Shown here: positions 38,162-48,259 of the stretch, one piece after another | How positions within the stretch are numbered: position 1 is the first letter of the stretch | How the letters are laid out: each line of letters starts with the position of its first letter | NCBI GenBank assembly: GCA_038230375.1 | Contig: JBBRNJ010000025.1 | Location: 1-64,000 of the forward strand | Direction of reading: 5' to 3' | Source: Polyangiales bacterium | GTDB taxonomy: Bacteria; Myxococcota_A; Polyangia; Polyangiales; Polyangiaceae | Length of the DNA stretch: 64,000 bases | Program-made: the position numbers and the translations under genes | Notes under the pieces: model-generated | Seen by the model: only the letters and a program-made list of their open reading frames with translations | What the model was told of the DNA's origin: nothing | Databases searched by the model: none

Positions 38162-38536
38162 ATGCTTTTGAACGAGAAACTCGTAGCCTTCATCTCCACC
38201 CGCGACGTCGAAGTGGCGAAGGCCTTCTATGGCACCACGCTCGGCCTTCCTCTCATCCACGCAGACGCGTTTGCGCTCGTCTACGGCGCGAACGGGACGA
38301 AGATTCGAATCCAGGTCGTGAAGGAGGTCACGCCGCATCCGTTCACCGCGCTCGGTTGGGACGTTTCGAACATGGAGACGACCGTCCGCGCGCTGATGGA
38401 GCGCGGCGTTACGTTCGAGCGCTTCCCGGGGATGGTTCAGGACGACCTGGGAATCTGGAAGGCGCCTTCAGGCACGCAGGTTGTGTGGTTCAAGGATCCC
38501 GAGGGTCACGTGCTCTCGCTCAGCCACCACGACTGA
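38162..38536 (+). CDS. VOC/glyoxalase family protein
   Basis: AKAFYGTTLGL and WFKDPEGHVLSL motifs. Confidence 0.9.
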   Translation: MLLNEKLVAFISTRDVEVAKAFYGTTLGLPLIHADAFALVYGANGTKIRIQVVKEVTPHPFTALGWDVSNMETTVRALMERGVTFERFPGMVQDDLGIWKAPSGTQVVWFKDPEGHVLSLSHHD

Positions 38537-39410
38537 GCGCCTCTTCGAAGGCGGCGAGGAACTCGGGATCGGCGGGCGTTGCCGCGATGCCCAGGCGACG
38601 GCGGATGACGAGGGAGAGGTTGTCGGCAAGGACCTCTTCAGGGTGGATCGTGTACTTCGAATTTCGCGCGATCCGCGGGGACCAGTCTGTCGCTTCTGCA
38701 AAGACCACAACGGGCGCTCCACCGGTGTCGCGCACCACCGTCCCGGCATCGGGGTCGATCTCGAGGAGCGTCACACGCACCACACCGAGCACCGACGTTC
38801 GCTCGAGCACGTCTGCGAGTGGCAGTGGGCAGGTGAGGAGCGGAACGAACGCGTGCTCCCCGAGCCGCAAATAGTGCCCTAGCGCGTGGGCGTCGGGGTT
38901 CGTCATCCGGGAGGCGTCGAGCTCGGGCGGTGGCGTGATGGGACCGACGGGCGCGAACCCGAGGAGAGCGTAGGTCGCATCGCGGAGTGCGGGCGTTTTC
39001 CGGGATGCAATGTGGAACAGCTCGTGCGCCAGGAGGCGGAGCGCGCTCTCGCCTCGGAGCCTCTGCACACGCGCTGCTGGCAGGACGATCGCGTTCGCCC
39101 GCGTATACGCGTGGTCGCGTTCCTCGCGGCCGGTCGTCTTCACGATGAGCACCTCGCGCGGGAGGATCGCGCCGAGTCCCCGCGCGCCATGCGCGACCGC
39201 GGAGATTGCCTCCTCCCACGCCGCCTCCTCTTCTCCAGTGAAGTCGACCGCCTGCTCTCCGAGGAATCGCCTCAGATCCGCGTCGCCGACCGGCGCGCTC
39301 GTGCGCATCCTGAACGAGCGGTCGAACCCGCCGAGCGCGCGCGTGAAGTCATCCTCCGCTGCGAGGATCGCCCGGCCCTCTGACGCGCTCGCGAGTCTGA
39401 GAAGAGTCAT
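38520..39410 (-). CDS. Putative zinc metallopeptidase-like protein
   Basis: HAYTR, HELFH (HExxH), NPDA and IHPEEVLADN motifs. Confidence 0.65.
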   Translation of the reverse strand: MTLLRLASASEGRAILAAEDDFTRALGGFDRSFRMRTSAPVGDADLRRFLGEQAVDFTGEEEAAWEEAISAVAHGARGLGAILPREVLIVKTTGREERDHAYTRANAIVLPAARVQRLRGESALRLLAHELFHIASRKTPALRDATYALLGFAPVGPITPPPELDASRMTNPDAHALGHYLRLGEHAFVPLLTCPLPLADVLERTSVLGVVRVTLLEIDPDAGTVVRDTGGAPVVVFAEATDWSPRIARNSKYTIHPEEVLADNLSLVIRRRLGIAATPADPEFLAAFEEALSRGG

Positions 39411-39423
39411 CGCGACCGAACGG

Positions 39424-39882
39424 TCACGTCCGCGACCGTAGAATCGTTTCGAGCGCCACCACGTCGGCTATGTCCTGGGGCCGTCCCGACGCCGTCTTGT
39501 TCTTGATGAGCGACTCGATGCCGATCACTGGGCACGTGAGGCCATCGGAGAAGCTCGCGGTGATGTGGGAGGGCCACGCATCGTTGAAGGACAGTCCTGA
39601 GATCTTGGTGATGATGTCTACTCTCATGGGAGGAACACCGATCTGGAGTCCGGCACCTGGGGTGTGAAGCTCCTGCTCGGTAAGGCCCATGAGCGGAGCT
39701 CCGAAGTCGCCGAGCGCAGCGATCACACGAGGAGCATTCTCCGCAGACGCGTCTACCCACACGTCGAGGTCCTTCGTGGCGCGCGGATGCCCATGTACGC
39801 CGACCGCGTACGCGCCGACGATCATGAACTTCACATCAGCGTCGAGTAACGCGCGCAATAGATCGAGAAAGTCGGGGTTCAT
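39424..39882 (-). CDS. Nucleotidyltransferase (DUF6036/AbiEii-like superfamily)
   Basis: VGAYAV..HG.PRATKDLD, RVDI and K...GRPQDIAD motifs. Confidence 0.85.
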   Translation of the reverse strand: MNPDFLDLLRALLDADVKFMIVGAYAVGVHGHPRATKDLDVWVDASAENAPRVIAALGDFGAPLMGLTEQELHTPGAGLQIGVPPMRVDIITKISGLSFNDAWPSHITASFSDGLTCPVIGIESLIKNKTASGRPQDIADVVALETILRSRT

Positions 39883-40063
39883 GCGGCTCGTCCGGGTGTG
39901 CGATGCGATGGAGCTCCAGGCTCAATTCCCATGTGACCTTGGCGCGGTCCGCAACCGGGATCGCTAGCCAGAAAGCGACGTCGTTCGCGTCCGCTTCTTC
40001 CTGCGTTCGAACGACGCGGGTGGTCCACATGGCCCGTCGTCGCTTTCGTTCCGCAGCGTCCAT
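39836..40063 (-). CDS. Small partner protein upstream of the nucleotidyltransferase (antitoxin-like)
   Basis: 75 aa, DVAFWLAIPVADR motif; overlaps the NTase start; TACTAT 7 nt before ATG. Confidence 0.7.
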   Translation of the reverse strand: MDAAERKRRRAMWTTRVVRTQEEADANDVAFWLAIPVADRAKVTWELSLELHRIAHPDEPHEPRLSRSIARVTRR

Positions 40064-40128
40064 CCAGAAAATAGTACCACAACTGCGATGACACCGGCGG
40101 TCGCGGTCTGGTTCCGCACGCGACGGGC

Positions 40129-40497
40129 TCAGCGTGGAGTGCGCTGCGCCGGATCGTAGAAGAACGTCTCGGAGGCGATACGCTCTCCCTCCCAGGTCTG
40201 ATAGGCGATCTCCTCCATCCGCGTGCGTCCACCCTCGAGCCACTGGAACTCGAAGACCCAGCGGATGACCACCTTGTCCCCCGCCACGAACACGGGGCGA
40301 ATGCAGCGCGAAGACACGCTGAGCGCACGCGACATCACGCGCCGCTCCTGCGCAACGAGCGCCGCCCGTCCCACACGCGGCTCGCCCTGGTTTTCCTGGA
40401 TCGACCCGTTCTCGAGATAGAACTCCTCGATCGCCTCCGCGTGCTTGTTCTCGACAACGCGCCCGATGAAGCGCTCCAAGGTCTCCGAGGTCGGCAT
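40129..40497 (-). CDS. NTF2/SnoaL-like protein
   Basis: AIEEFY...IQEN...GDKVVIRW...EEIAYQTW..ERI..E.FFYD. Confidence 0.85.
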   Translation of the reverse strand: MPTSETLERFIGRVVENKHAEAIEEFYLENGSIQENQGEPRVGRAALVAQERRVMSRALSVSSRCIRPVFVAGDKVVIRWVFEFQWLEGGRTRMEEIAYQTWEGERIASETFFYDPAQRTPR

Positions 40498-40528
40498 GGG
40501 GGGAGTGTGAACCTGAGTGGCGCGCTCT

Positions 40529-41812
40529 TCAATCCTGCCGTTTGGCATCGCCGACCGCCGCTGAGCTTGCGCCGCTCACCAGACCTTCGAGTCGGCGTGT
40601 CGCGATGCCGCTACCGTCCTCTCCGGCCATCGCCTTCGCCATGTCTGAAGCCCCTCGCTGAAGAGACGCGGAATCGACGGCCTCGCGGATCATCGCCCCC
40701 ACCTTTTCCGGGGTCGCCTTCCAGAACGACAGCCCGGTACCTGCGCCGACTTGCTCGACGCGCTTTGCCCAGAGCCGCTGCTCGATGATGAACGGCAGGA
40801 CCACCGACGGCTTCCCCGCTCGGAGGGCCATGTGGGTCGTGCCCGCACCACCATGGTGCACCACCACCGAGCACGACGGAACAAGGCGGCGGTGCGGTGC
40901 CCAGGGAAGGATGAACAGATCGCCGTCTCGCACTTCGTCGTTGCTCGTCTTGGTCTGGATGATCGCGCGCGTCTTTGCGTGACGCGCAGACGCCATGAGA
41001 AGCTTCTGAACGCGCTCGGCAGCCATGTGCTCCCATGAGCCGAGCGTCAGCAAGACCGGCTCCGATCCCTCCTCGAGAAAAGCGCGAAGGGCAGTGGATG
41101 GTGCCCACGCCTCGGCCTCGAGCGGCATGAGCAACTCGCCGCACGTGCAATGGATGTCGGGCCAATCCGGGGCCGGTGGCCAGAACGACGGACTGGCCGC
41201 ATGCAGGTTGAGGCGATCCGAGAAGACCACGTCGGGGATGGCATGACGGATGGTTGGCAGCCCCTTCTCCGCGAAGAACTTCCGTGGCGCCTTGGTGAAG
41301 GCCATGTCCATCATGACGTGCGTGAGCGCCCACGCGGGCCGAGCCAGCCATCGCCACGCGGGGAAGATCACCGGAGGCACCTCCCGCGACGGAACGAGAG
41401 CTGGAATGTAATCGAGGGACACGAAGGGCACGCCCGCTCGGAGACACGCCGCCTTCACCAGCCAGCAGGGGTTGCTGCCCACGACGACGTCCGAGGCCGC
41501 ACACAAGTCCAGTGCGGCCGTGTACATCGCTTCCAGATATGGATTGAACGTGAGGTCGAGCACCGCCGTCATCAGCTTGGTGGGATCGGAGCTCTTGGCG
41601 TTGCGCACGAGCTGCTGGAGCGTGAGGTCCATGCGCTCGGGGACCGTCTGGAGCGAAATACCGAGCGACTCACAGAGCGGCAGATAGTCCTTCCCGTCGA
41701 TCGGCGTGAGCACCAGGCGAGCTTCGTGACCGCTCTTGCGGATACGCGCAGCGAGGGCAATGAGCGGCCGGAGATCGCCCTCCGAGCCCCACCCCTGGAG
41801 ACCAATGCGCAT
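40529..41812 (-). CDS. GT-B glycosyltransferase (GT1/GT28-like)
   Basis: GSEGDLRPLIALA; WAPH...VVHHGGAGTT...P...EQ. Confidence 0.9.
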   Translation of the reverse strand: MRIGLQGWGSEGDLRPLIALAARIRKSGHEARLVLTPIDGKDYLPLCESLGISLQTVPERMDLTLQQLVRNAKSSDPTKLMTAVLDLTFNPYLEAMYTAALDLCAASDVVVGSNPCWLVKAACLRAGVPFVSLDYIPALVPSREVPPVIFPAWRWLARPAWALTHVMMDMAFTKAPRKFFAEKGLPTIRHAIPDVVFSDRLNLHAASPSFWPPAPDWPDIHCTCGELLMPLEAEAWAPSTALRAFLEEGSEPVLLTLGSWEHMAAERVQKLLMASARHAKTRAIIQTKTSNDEVRDGDLFILPWAPHRRLVPSCSVVVHHGGAGTTHMALRAGKPSVVLPFIIEQRLWAKRVEQVGAGTGLSFWKATPEKVGAMIREAVDSASLQRGASDMAKAMAGEDGSGIATRRLEGLVSGASSAAVGDAKRQD

Positions 41813-41991
41813 ACGTCACGCCCTCTTTCGCCGATAGATGCACGAGCAGCTAGACGGGCTTCTCGTCACCCTCTGCCCGTCAGAGGTCGCGCCGATGGAT
41901 TCGTGAGCGCACGACGTTCTCCGCCAACGATGTCGCATGATCAGAGCATATGACGTTCCCGCCGGCGGCGCGGCGTCGTAGATTCGGCGGC

Positions 41992-42422
41992 ATGGGCGTT
42001 CTGACCTTCGCGATCAATGTGACGTTGGACGGGTGCGTCGATCATCGTGTGGGGATCGTGGATGACCAGATGCTCCGCTTCTGGACACAGCTGATGGACG
42101 CAGCGGGCGCTGTGCTCTACGGGCGCACCACCTACGAGCTCATGGAGGAGGCCTGGCCAGCGGTGTTGCGCGACAAGAACGCGCCGCGCGTGATGCGGGA
42201 CTGGGCGCGCAACGCGGTGTGCTCGTCGGCAGCACCACGCTCGGCGCCGCGCTCGAGCGACTGGGGATCATCGACGAGTATCGCCTCGTCGTGCACCCGG
42301 TCCTGGCAGGTCACGGACCGACCTTGTTTCAGGGCTCTCCGCGCGTGAGGCACCTCGAGCTCCTCGCTACGAAGCGCCTCAAGTCGGGCGTGATCGCGAT
42401 GCACTGCCGCCGCAAAGAGTGA
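41992..42422 (+). pseudogene. Dihydrofolate-reductase/RibD-C family gene with internal deletion and frameshift
   Basis: INVTLDG...YGRTTYELM...RDWAR in one frame; RGVLVGS...IDEYRLVVHPVLAGHG in another; junction near 42212. Confidence 0.8.
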
Positions 42423-42473
42423 GATGATTCACGGCATCGCCCGCGTCGCTTCATGTCAGCACATGGATTCATC

Positions 42474-42980
42474 TCACCGGACCCGTTGGCTGGGGTTTGG
42501 GCCTGTTCCGGCGCCGAAGGCCAATCGATTCTTCATATCCTCCAGTGCTGCGGCGATCGCTGCTCGTTGTTGCACGATGAGCGCGAGGACCGCGCCGCCG
42601 AACGCCGGGTCGCCTTCGAGCACGTTGTCGTACGCAGCCAGGGCGTTGGCTTCCCCACGGATGCATTCGTCCACGACCACGTCGTCTCGGCGACCTTCGA
42701 TCTGCATCCGCGCACCGGTCCAGCCGCGGTGAAGCGTGCCGCCGATCGTGCCCTGGTTCTCGTGAGTCGCGCCGAGTCCGTCGGTGGTGCGTTGAAGCTC
42801 GGTCACGAAATCTGCCCGCTGTCGCTCGTAGCTCGACATGATCGACTTGAGCTGTGGGTCTCGCACATCGGCCGCCGCAGCGCCGTAGCCCTTCTCGCCG
42901 TCCGTACAGGTCTCGATGCATCGATTGAGGGCCGTGACGGTGAGTGCCAACTGCCTGCGTTCGATAGTCGTCATGTTCAT
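42474..42980 (-). CDS. PA2169/DUF2383 four-helix-bundle protein
   Basis: LNRCIETCTDGEKGY, GTLHRGW and ECIRGE...AAY motifs; SD GGAG. Confidence 0.85.
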   Translation of the reverse strand: MNMTTIERRQLALTVTALNRCIETCTDGEKGYGAAAADVRDPQLKSIMSSYERQRADFVTELQRTTDGLGATHENQGTIGGTLHRGWTGARMQIEGRRDDVVVDECIRGEANALAAYDNVLEGDPAFGGAVLALIVQQRAAIAAALEDMKNRLAFGAGTGPNPSQRVR

Positions 42981-43004
42981 GGGGGGGCTCCTGCCTTCGA
43001 TGAC

Positions 43005-43020
43005 TGCAAGAGAAGTGCCC
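43005..43020 (-). promoter_or_regulatory. sigma54 -24/-12 promoter
   Basis: Minus strand GGGCACTTCTCTTGCA. Confidence 0.7.
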
Positions 43021-43122
43021 GACGCGGGTAGCGGGATTGTCGGCGTGTCTTTACGTCACGCCGGGTAGAACCGCAGAACGTGCGTTACCGCGCGCCGCTT
43101 GCGCACGTGTTCGAAGGGATGG

Positions 43123-44462
43123 TCAGGGGTTCGGTTGAAGACCGACCTGGGTGATGCTGTCGGGCCTTGCGTTCACGACGATCGAACCGAACTGCGTATT
43201 GCCGGGGGGCGGGGTGAAGCCTTTGATCGTCAGGTTCGTGCTGGTGGGAACGTTCTCAAAGCCGCCAAGGCCTATTCCGTCGGTTGCGGTCGCAGTCCGC
43301 GAAAGCGTGTTGTTCGCGAAGTAGAACGGGACTGCGCTGGAGTCGAGGTCCGTCGCCGACAATTTCACGCCGAGCGCTGGGAGAAAAGCGCAGCCTCGAT
43401 GACGATGTGGCCTCGTCCGGCGATGGGTGCCGGGAAGCCAGCCTGCGTCCACACACTGGCGTAGAGAGCCTTGTCCAGGATGGCAACCTCCTGGATCAGC
43501 CTGGCGTTGGGAGCGCTGAACGGGAAGCCGGGGTAGAAGCGATGTGGCGTGAAGGTGGGTGAGTCCACATCGAAGAACACCTGCGGCGCAAGATCGACCA
43601 CCTTGGCCAGACGAAGGTGCGCGTCCCCGTTCGCGTCCGTCACACCATTCGCATCGAGCGGCGTGACGCACCCCGTATCCGATGCAGCGCACAGCTTCAC
43701 GTTGGCTCCGGACACTGGCGCGTAGGGCGGAGAGTAGTTTCTCACGTGAAGCGTGATGTCGATCGCGCTTGCCTTCGCGAACGGCCACGTCACGTGTCCG
43801 ATGCACGCGAAGTCGTCTCCCAGCTGACAGTCCTGCACGCAATGACTGAGTCCAGCGCTCGCAAGCGCATTGAACGCGGCTATGCCGGCATCGTTCGCCG
43901 AGTCGCACGCGGTCGCGCAGTCCGGCGTCACGCACGCGTAGCGGCAGCGGTAGAGCGCAAGGCAGGCGGCGTCGTTCGAGCACGCCTGGAACTCCGAGCA
44001 ACTGTTCACGGTCGCGCATTGCTGGCACTTGTCCGCCGCGTTCGGTGGGATGTACGCGAGCGAACCACCGCATTGCAGATTGCACTCATTTTCGCAGCTC
44101 GTGGCGGCGCATGCCTCGAGCGCCGGAAGCGAGGAGACGGGACCGATGGCATGGTCGACCGTGCACTGCGATCGGCACCGAGCGTCGCCGTTGCACGCGA
44201 GCTCGCACGTGGCGAGCGCGCTGCACGCTGGTTCTTTCGAGCTCCCACAACGCTGCGCCTCCGAGCAGCAGCGCGATTCGATGCAGGCGCGGCAGCTACC
44301 CGGAGCGAGCGCGAGCCCGTATGCGAGAGCCCCACCGAGATCACCATCGGAGGCATCCACGAGAGGCGACCCGTCGTCGTGAATTCCGACGATCTGCCGA
44401 CACGCGACCGCAACGAGGCCGACGGTGCCCATCGCAATCATCAGCTTCAGGCCGCCTCCCAT
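43123..44462 (-). pseudogene. Cys-rich lipoprotein with carboxypeptidase-regulatory-like domains, frameshifted near 43392
   Basis: Main frame reaches HIVIEA; the second frame continues CAFLPA...ENVP, matching the C-terminus of paralog 18205-19083. Confidence 0.75.
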
Positions 44463-44613
44463 TCCTCCAGGCTACCAAATGCCGGCTGCGCTGGCGCGAG
44501 GCGCGAGGCGCGAGCCGGGGCGATTTGCCCGGGAATGGGTCCTGGAACGCGACGGATGGGCAGGGAACGGACGGTTTGATTGACACGTCCCCGGCTCCTC
44601 GCGATCCTCTGGT

Positions 44614-46959
44614 GTGGCGGCAGATCCAGACGACGACACGTTGGCCGCGCCCGACACCGCGGTTGCGGGCAGCGCACACCACCCCGTGCTCGATCGCCGC
44701 TACGAGATCCTTGGGCTCCTCGGATCGGGTGGCATGGGCAACGTGTACAAGGCCCGCGATCTCGAGCTGGACGAGATCATTGCACTGAAAGTGCTCCGCC
44801 CCGAGCTCGTCGGCGCGCCTGGCGCGATCGACCGATTTCGTCGGGAAGTGAAGCTCGCGCGCCGCATCACGCACCCGAACGTGGGCCGCGTCTTCGACAT
44901 TGGCGAGCATGGCGGAGACAAGATCATCACGATGGCGCTGATCGACGGCGAGGCACTCTCGACGGTCCTCGCGCGCGAGCGGCTGGTGATCGCGCGCGCT
45001 GTGGAGATCGCTTCGGGCATCTGCGCAGGTGTCGGCGCCGCCCATGCTGCGGGCGTCGTGCACCGCGACCTGAAGCCCGACAATGTGATGATCGAGAAGG
45101 GCGGGGCCGTCATTGTCATGGATTTCGGGATCGCACGCGCCGCGGCAGCCAGCGACGCAGCGAGGAGCTTCGCGGGCCTCGTTGGTACCCCCGCTTACAT
45201 GGCGCCCGAGCAAGTCGATGATCGGGCCGCGATCGACACGCGCGCGGACATCTATGCGTTCGGCGTGATGCTCTACGAGATGCTGACGGGAGAGCTACCG
45301 TGGCGCGGCGACTCCGTCATCGCGGTCGCGGCAGCGCGGCTTCTTCATCCACCGCCGGACCCGCGAAGCGCACGCGCCGATCTGCCGCCTGCGCTCGCGG
45401 CGATCGTTCTTCGTTGTATGGCGAAGAGTCCGGATGATCGGTTCTCGAACATGCAGGACGTTGTCTCCGTGCTCGCCGGGTTGACGATGCCGGCCGAGTC
45501 CCCGGGCGCCAAGGCCATGCTGCACGCTTCGCCAGCGATTGACGTCCTGCCGCACGTCGGCGTTCGTCGTGTTGCGGTCCTCCCCTTTCGCAACCGAGGC
45601 GCGCCCGAGGAAGAGCACGTGGCCGACGGGCTCACGGAGGATCTCATCGATCTGCTGAGCGCGGGTCGCAAGCTTCGTGTGACCTCGCGCGGCGTGGTGA
45701 TGAAGTACAAGGGCATCGAGCGCGATCCACGGGAAATTGGGCGTGAGCTGGACGTCAACGTGGTCGTGGAGGGCTCGGTGCGGCGCGCGCCCGGATCGTT
45801 CCTCATCACGGCGCGCCTCGTCAGCGTCGCGGACGGCTTTCAGCTCTGGGCGCGCCGCTTCAAAGGCGTCGAAGTCGACATGCTCGCGCTGAACGACGAA
45901 GTCGCGCAGGCAGTGGCCGAGGCTCTCGCCGTGGATCTCGACGCAGAGAAGCGGGGCGCGGTCGCCGATCTCGAGGCCGCGGATCTCTATCTCCGTGGGC
46001 GCGCAGCATTTCGCCGCTTCCTGGTCGAAGAGTCCGACGAAGACGCGACCTCACTCTTCGAGAAGGCACTCGCGCGTACACCGAACGATCCGCGGATCAT
46101 CGCGGCCTACGTCATGGCGCGCGTCCAGATCGGGCGTGCGACGGGGTCCAGAGACACCTCGCAGCCCACGAGCTTTGCCCAGCTCGCGAGCGGGCTCCAG
46201 GCGCAGGCGGAGGTCGCGCTTCGGGCTGCACCGACGCTCGCGGACGCCCACGTCGCCCTCGGGTACCTGACATTCCAGATGGGCGACGAGGTCGCGGCGA
46301 TGACCTCGCTTCGCCGCGGCGTGCTTCTCGCCCCGAACTCCGCCGACGCGCACGACGTGCTCGGTCGCATCCTCTCGGAAGCGGATCGCAAGGAGGGCCT
46401 TCGACATCTCCAGACGGCGATCACGCTGGAGCCAGGGCTCGACAAGGCGCGTGTCGCGCTCGCGCGCCATCACTACCTCGCGGGCGACCGCGATCTCGCG
46501 ACCTCGACGCTCGAGTCGAGCGACAAGCACATGTTCCCCATTCGTGCGCGTCTGTGCCTCTGGTCGCGCGACCGTGAGCTCGCAAAGGAGCTGCTGTCAG
46601 GCGACCTGGGAAACCCGAGCCCCACCCGTAGCGTCTCGGTCGGGTTCCTCGAGCTGATTGCGGGTGGAGGCAAGCTAGACCTTTCCTCGGTGAGCCCGCC
46701 TGCGGCCAGCATCTCACCTCGCTTGAATGCGTTCTTCAGCCAAATTCGCGCGGAGATCGCGTGCGTGGGGAGCGACTATCCGCGTGCCATCGAAGAGATC
46801 GTCGCCGGGGAACGCGGGGCGCTCTTCGACATCGCGTGGCTGACGCGATGCCCACTCCTCGCGCCGTTGCAGAACGAGCCAGAGGTCATCGCCGCGCGCG
46901 CGCGGATGGAAGCTCGTGTCTCGCGCATCGTTGCGGCATACGTCACTCCCTTCGAGTAG
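44614..46959 (+). CDS. Ser/Thr kinase with TolB_N/CsgG-like domain and TPRs
   Basis: GSGGMG, HRDLKPDN, DFG; VAVLPFRN...ADGLTEDLI; TPR helices. Confidence 0.95.
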   Translation: MAADPDDDTLAAPDTAVAGSAHHPVLDRRYEILGLLGSGGMGNVYKARDLELDEIIALKVLRPELVGAPGAIDRFRREVKLARRITHPNVGRVFDIGEHGGDKIITMALIDGEALSTVLARERLVIARAVEIASGICAGVGAAHAAGVVHRDLKPDNVMIEKGGAVIVMDFGIARAAAASDAARSFAGLVGTPAYMAPEQVDDRAAIDTRADIYAFGVMLYEMLTGELPWRGDSVIAVAAARLLHPPPDPRSARADLPPALAAIVLRCMAKSPDDRFSNMQDVVSVLAGLTMPAESPGAKAMLHASPAIDVLPHVGVRRVAVLPFRNRGAPEEEHVADGLTEDLIDLLSAGRKLRVTSRGVVMKYKGIERDPREIGRELDVNVVVEGSVRRAPGSFLITARLVSVADGFQLWARRFKGVEVDMLALNDEVAQAVAEALAVDLDAEKRGAVADLEAADLYLRGRAAFRRFLVEESDEDATSLFEKALARTPNDPRIIAAYVMARVQIGRATGSRDTSQPTSFAQLASGLQAQAEVALRAAPTLADAHVALGYLTFQMGDEVAAMTSLRRGVLLAPNSADAHDVLGRILSEADRKEGLRHLQTAITLEPGLDKARVALARHHYLAGDRDLATSTLESSDKHMFPIRARLCLWSRDRELAKELLSGDLGNPSPTRSVSVGFLELIAGGGKLDLSSVSPPAASISPRLNAFFSQIRAEIACVGSDYPRAIEEIVAGERGALFDIAWLTRCPLLAPLQNEPEVIAARARMEARVSRIVAAYVTPFE

Positions 46960-47058
46960 CGGCCGCTGCTTCTCTGCAGGCAAGGCACGCCCGGCAATGC
47001 TGCGGCAATCGCTGTGCGTAGACCTGCGGCGCACGCGTGCGTAGAGTCGTTGGAGTCG

Positions 47059-48240
47059 ATGTCCGTAAGCTTCTCTCAGGGACAGGTGATCGAAGGCCGC
47101 TACCAGCTGCTGTCGCGGCTTGGCGCTGGCGGCGTAGGCAGCGTGTGGCTCGCAAAGGACCACACGCGGAAGATCACGGTGGCGGTGAAGGTCCTTCGCT
47201 CCGCCGTGAAGAACCGGACGGAGATGCTCGGGCTGTTCGAGCAGGAGGCCGAGCTCTCTGCGCGCATGATGAGCCCCAACATCGTGCGCGTGCTTGCGCG
47301 CGGCGTGGATGGCTCCGGCTCGCCGTACATCGTCTACGAGGCGCTCGAGGGTGAAGATCTTGCGACGCGCATCACGCGCAAGACGCGGCTCGATCTGGTC
47401 GAGACGGAGACCATCATCGTTCACGGCGCGCGCGCGCTCGCACGGGCGCACGCGGTTGGTGTGGTGCACCGCGACGTGAAGCCCGCCAACATGTTCCTCA
47501 CCCGGGACGAGGCGGGGCGACTGCTCGTGAAGGTCCTGGATTTCGGCGTCGCGGAGATGATCGCCAAGACCGCCGCGAGCGATCTCTCCGGCACTGTCGA
47601 GTACATGGCGCCCGAGATCCTCCTCGAAGGAAAGCCGCCGGGCGCGCGGAGCGATCTGTACTCGCTCGCCGTGGTTGCCTATCGCAGTCTGTGCGGGGCG
47701 CTTCCATTCACGGGCGATGCGCTTGGCGCGCTCATGGTCGCAATCTCGACAACGAAGCCGCCGCTCGCCTCCGCGGTGGTCGGCGCGCCGGGCGCGGAGC
47801 TCCTGGACGCGTGGTTTGCACGTGCCCTCGCGCTCGACCCGGAGCAGCGCTTCGCGACCGCACGCGACCTTGCCGAGTCGTTCCACGGGGCCATCAAGCA
47901 GGCGAAGGCGCTCGCGCCGCTGCTCGCGGTCCCCACGCCCGAGGATCAGCCGCCGCCGTCGCTCCTCAAGCGCACGCTCCCGGACTCCACGGAGACCGTG
48001 GTCCTGAAGCAGGAGGCAAAGCCGTCCTCCGCGCGCAAGGCAGCACCACCAGCGCCCCATCGTGCCCCCGTCGCCGCACGTCCGCCGCCACCGATGCGCC
48101 CGCGAGCGCAGAGCTTCGTCTTCGACGAGGACCCGGGCACCTTCACGGAACCCGCCGCGTCATCCTCATCCGCCTCCACTTCCTCCCGCATGGACGTGGT
48201 GGAGGTAGACGGCCGCGTCCCCGGAAAAGACGACCGCTGA
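47059..48240 (+). CDS. Cytoplasmic Ser/Thr kinase
   Basis: GAGGVG, VAVK, HRDVKPAN, DFG, YMAPE; Pro-rich tail. Confidence 0.95.
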   Translation: MSVSFSQGQVIEGRYQLLSRLGAGGVGSVWLAKDHTRKITVAVKVLRSAVKNRTEMLGLFEQEAELSARMMSPNIVRVLARGVDGSGSPYIVYEALEGEDLATRITRKTRLDLVETETIIVHGARALARAHAVGVVHRDVKPANMFLTRDEAGRLLVKVLDFGVAEMIAKTAASDLSGTVEYMAPEILLEGKPPGARSDLYSLAVVAYRSLCGALPFTGDALGALMVAISTTKPPLASAVVGAPGAELLDAWFARALALDPEQRFATARDLAESFHGAIKQAKALAPLLAVPTPEDQPPPSLLKRTLPDSTETVVLKQEAKPSSARKAAPPAPHRAPVAARPPPPMRPRAQSFVFDEDPGTFTEPAASSSSASTSSRMDVVEVDGRVPGKDDR

Positions 48241-48259
48241 CACGGAGAGCGTCTGGCGT

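Noticed and set aside
36015..42422. Integron-like cassette array
   Set aside because: Mixed gene orientations, no repeated attC-like sites and no integrase.
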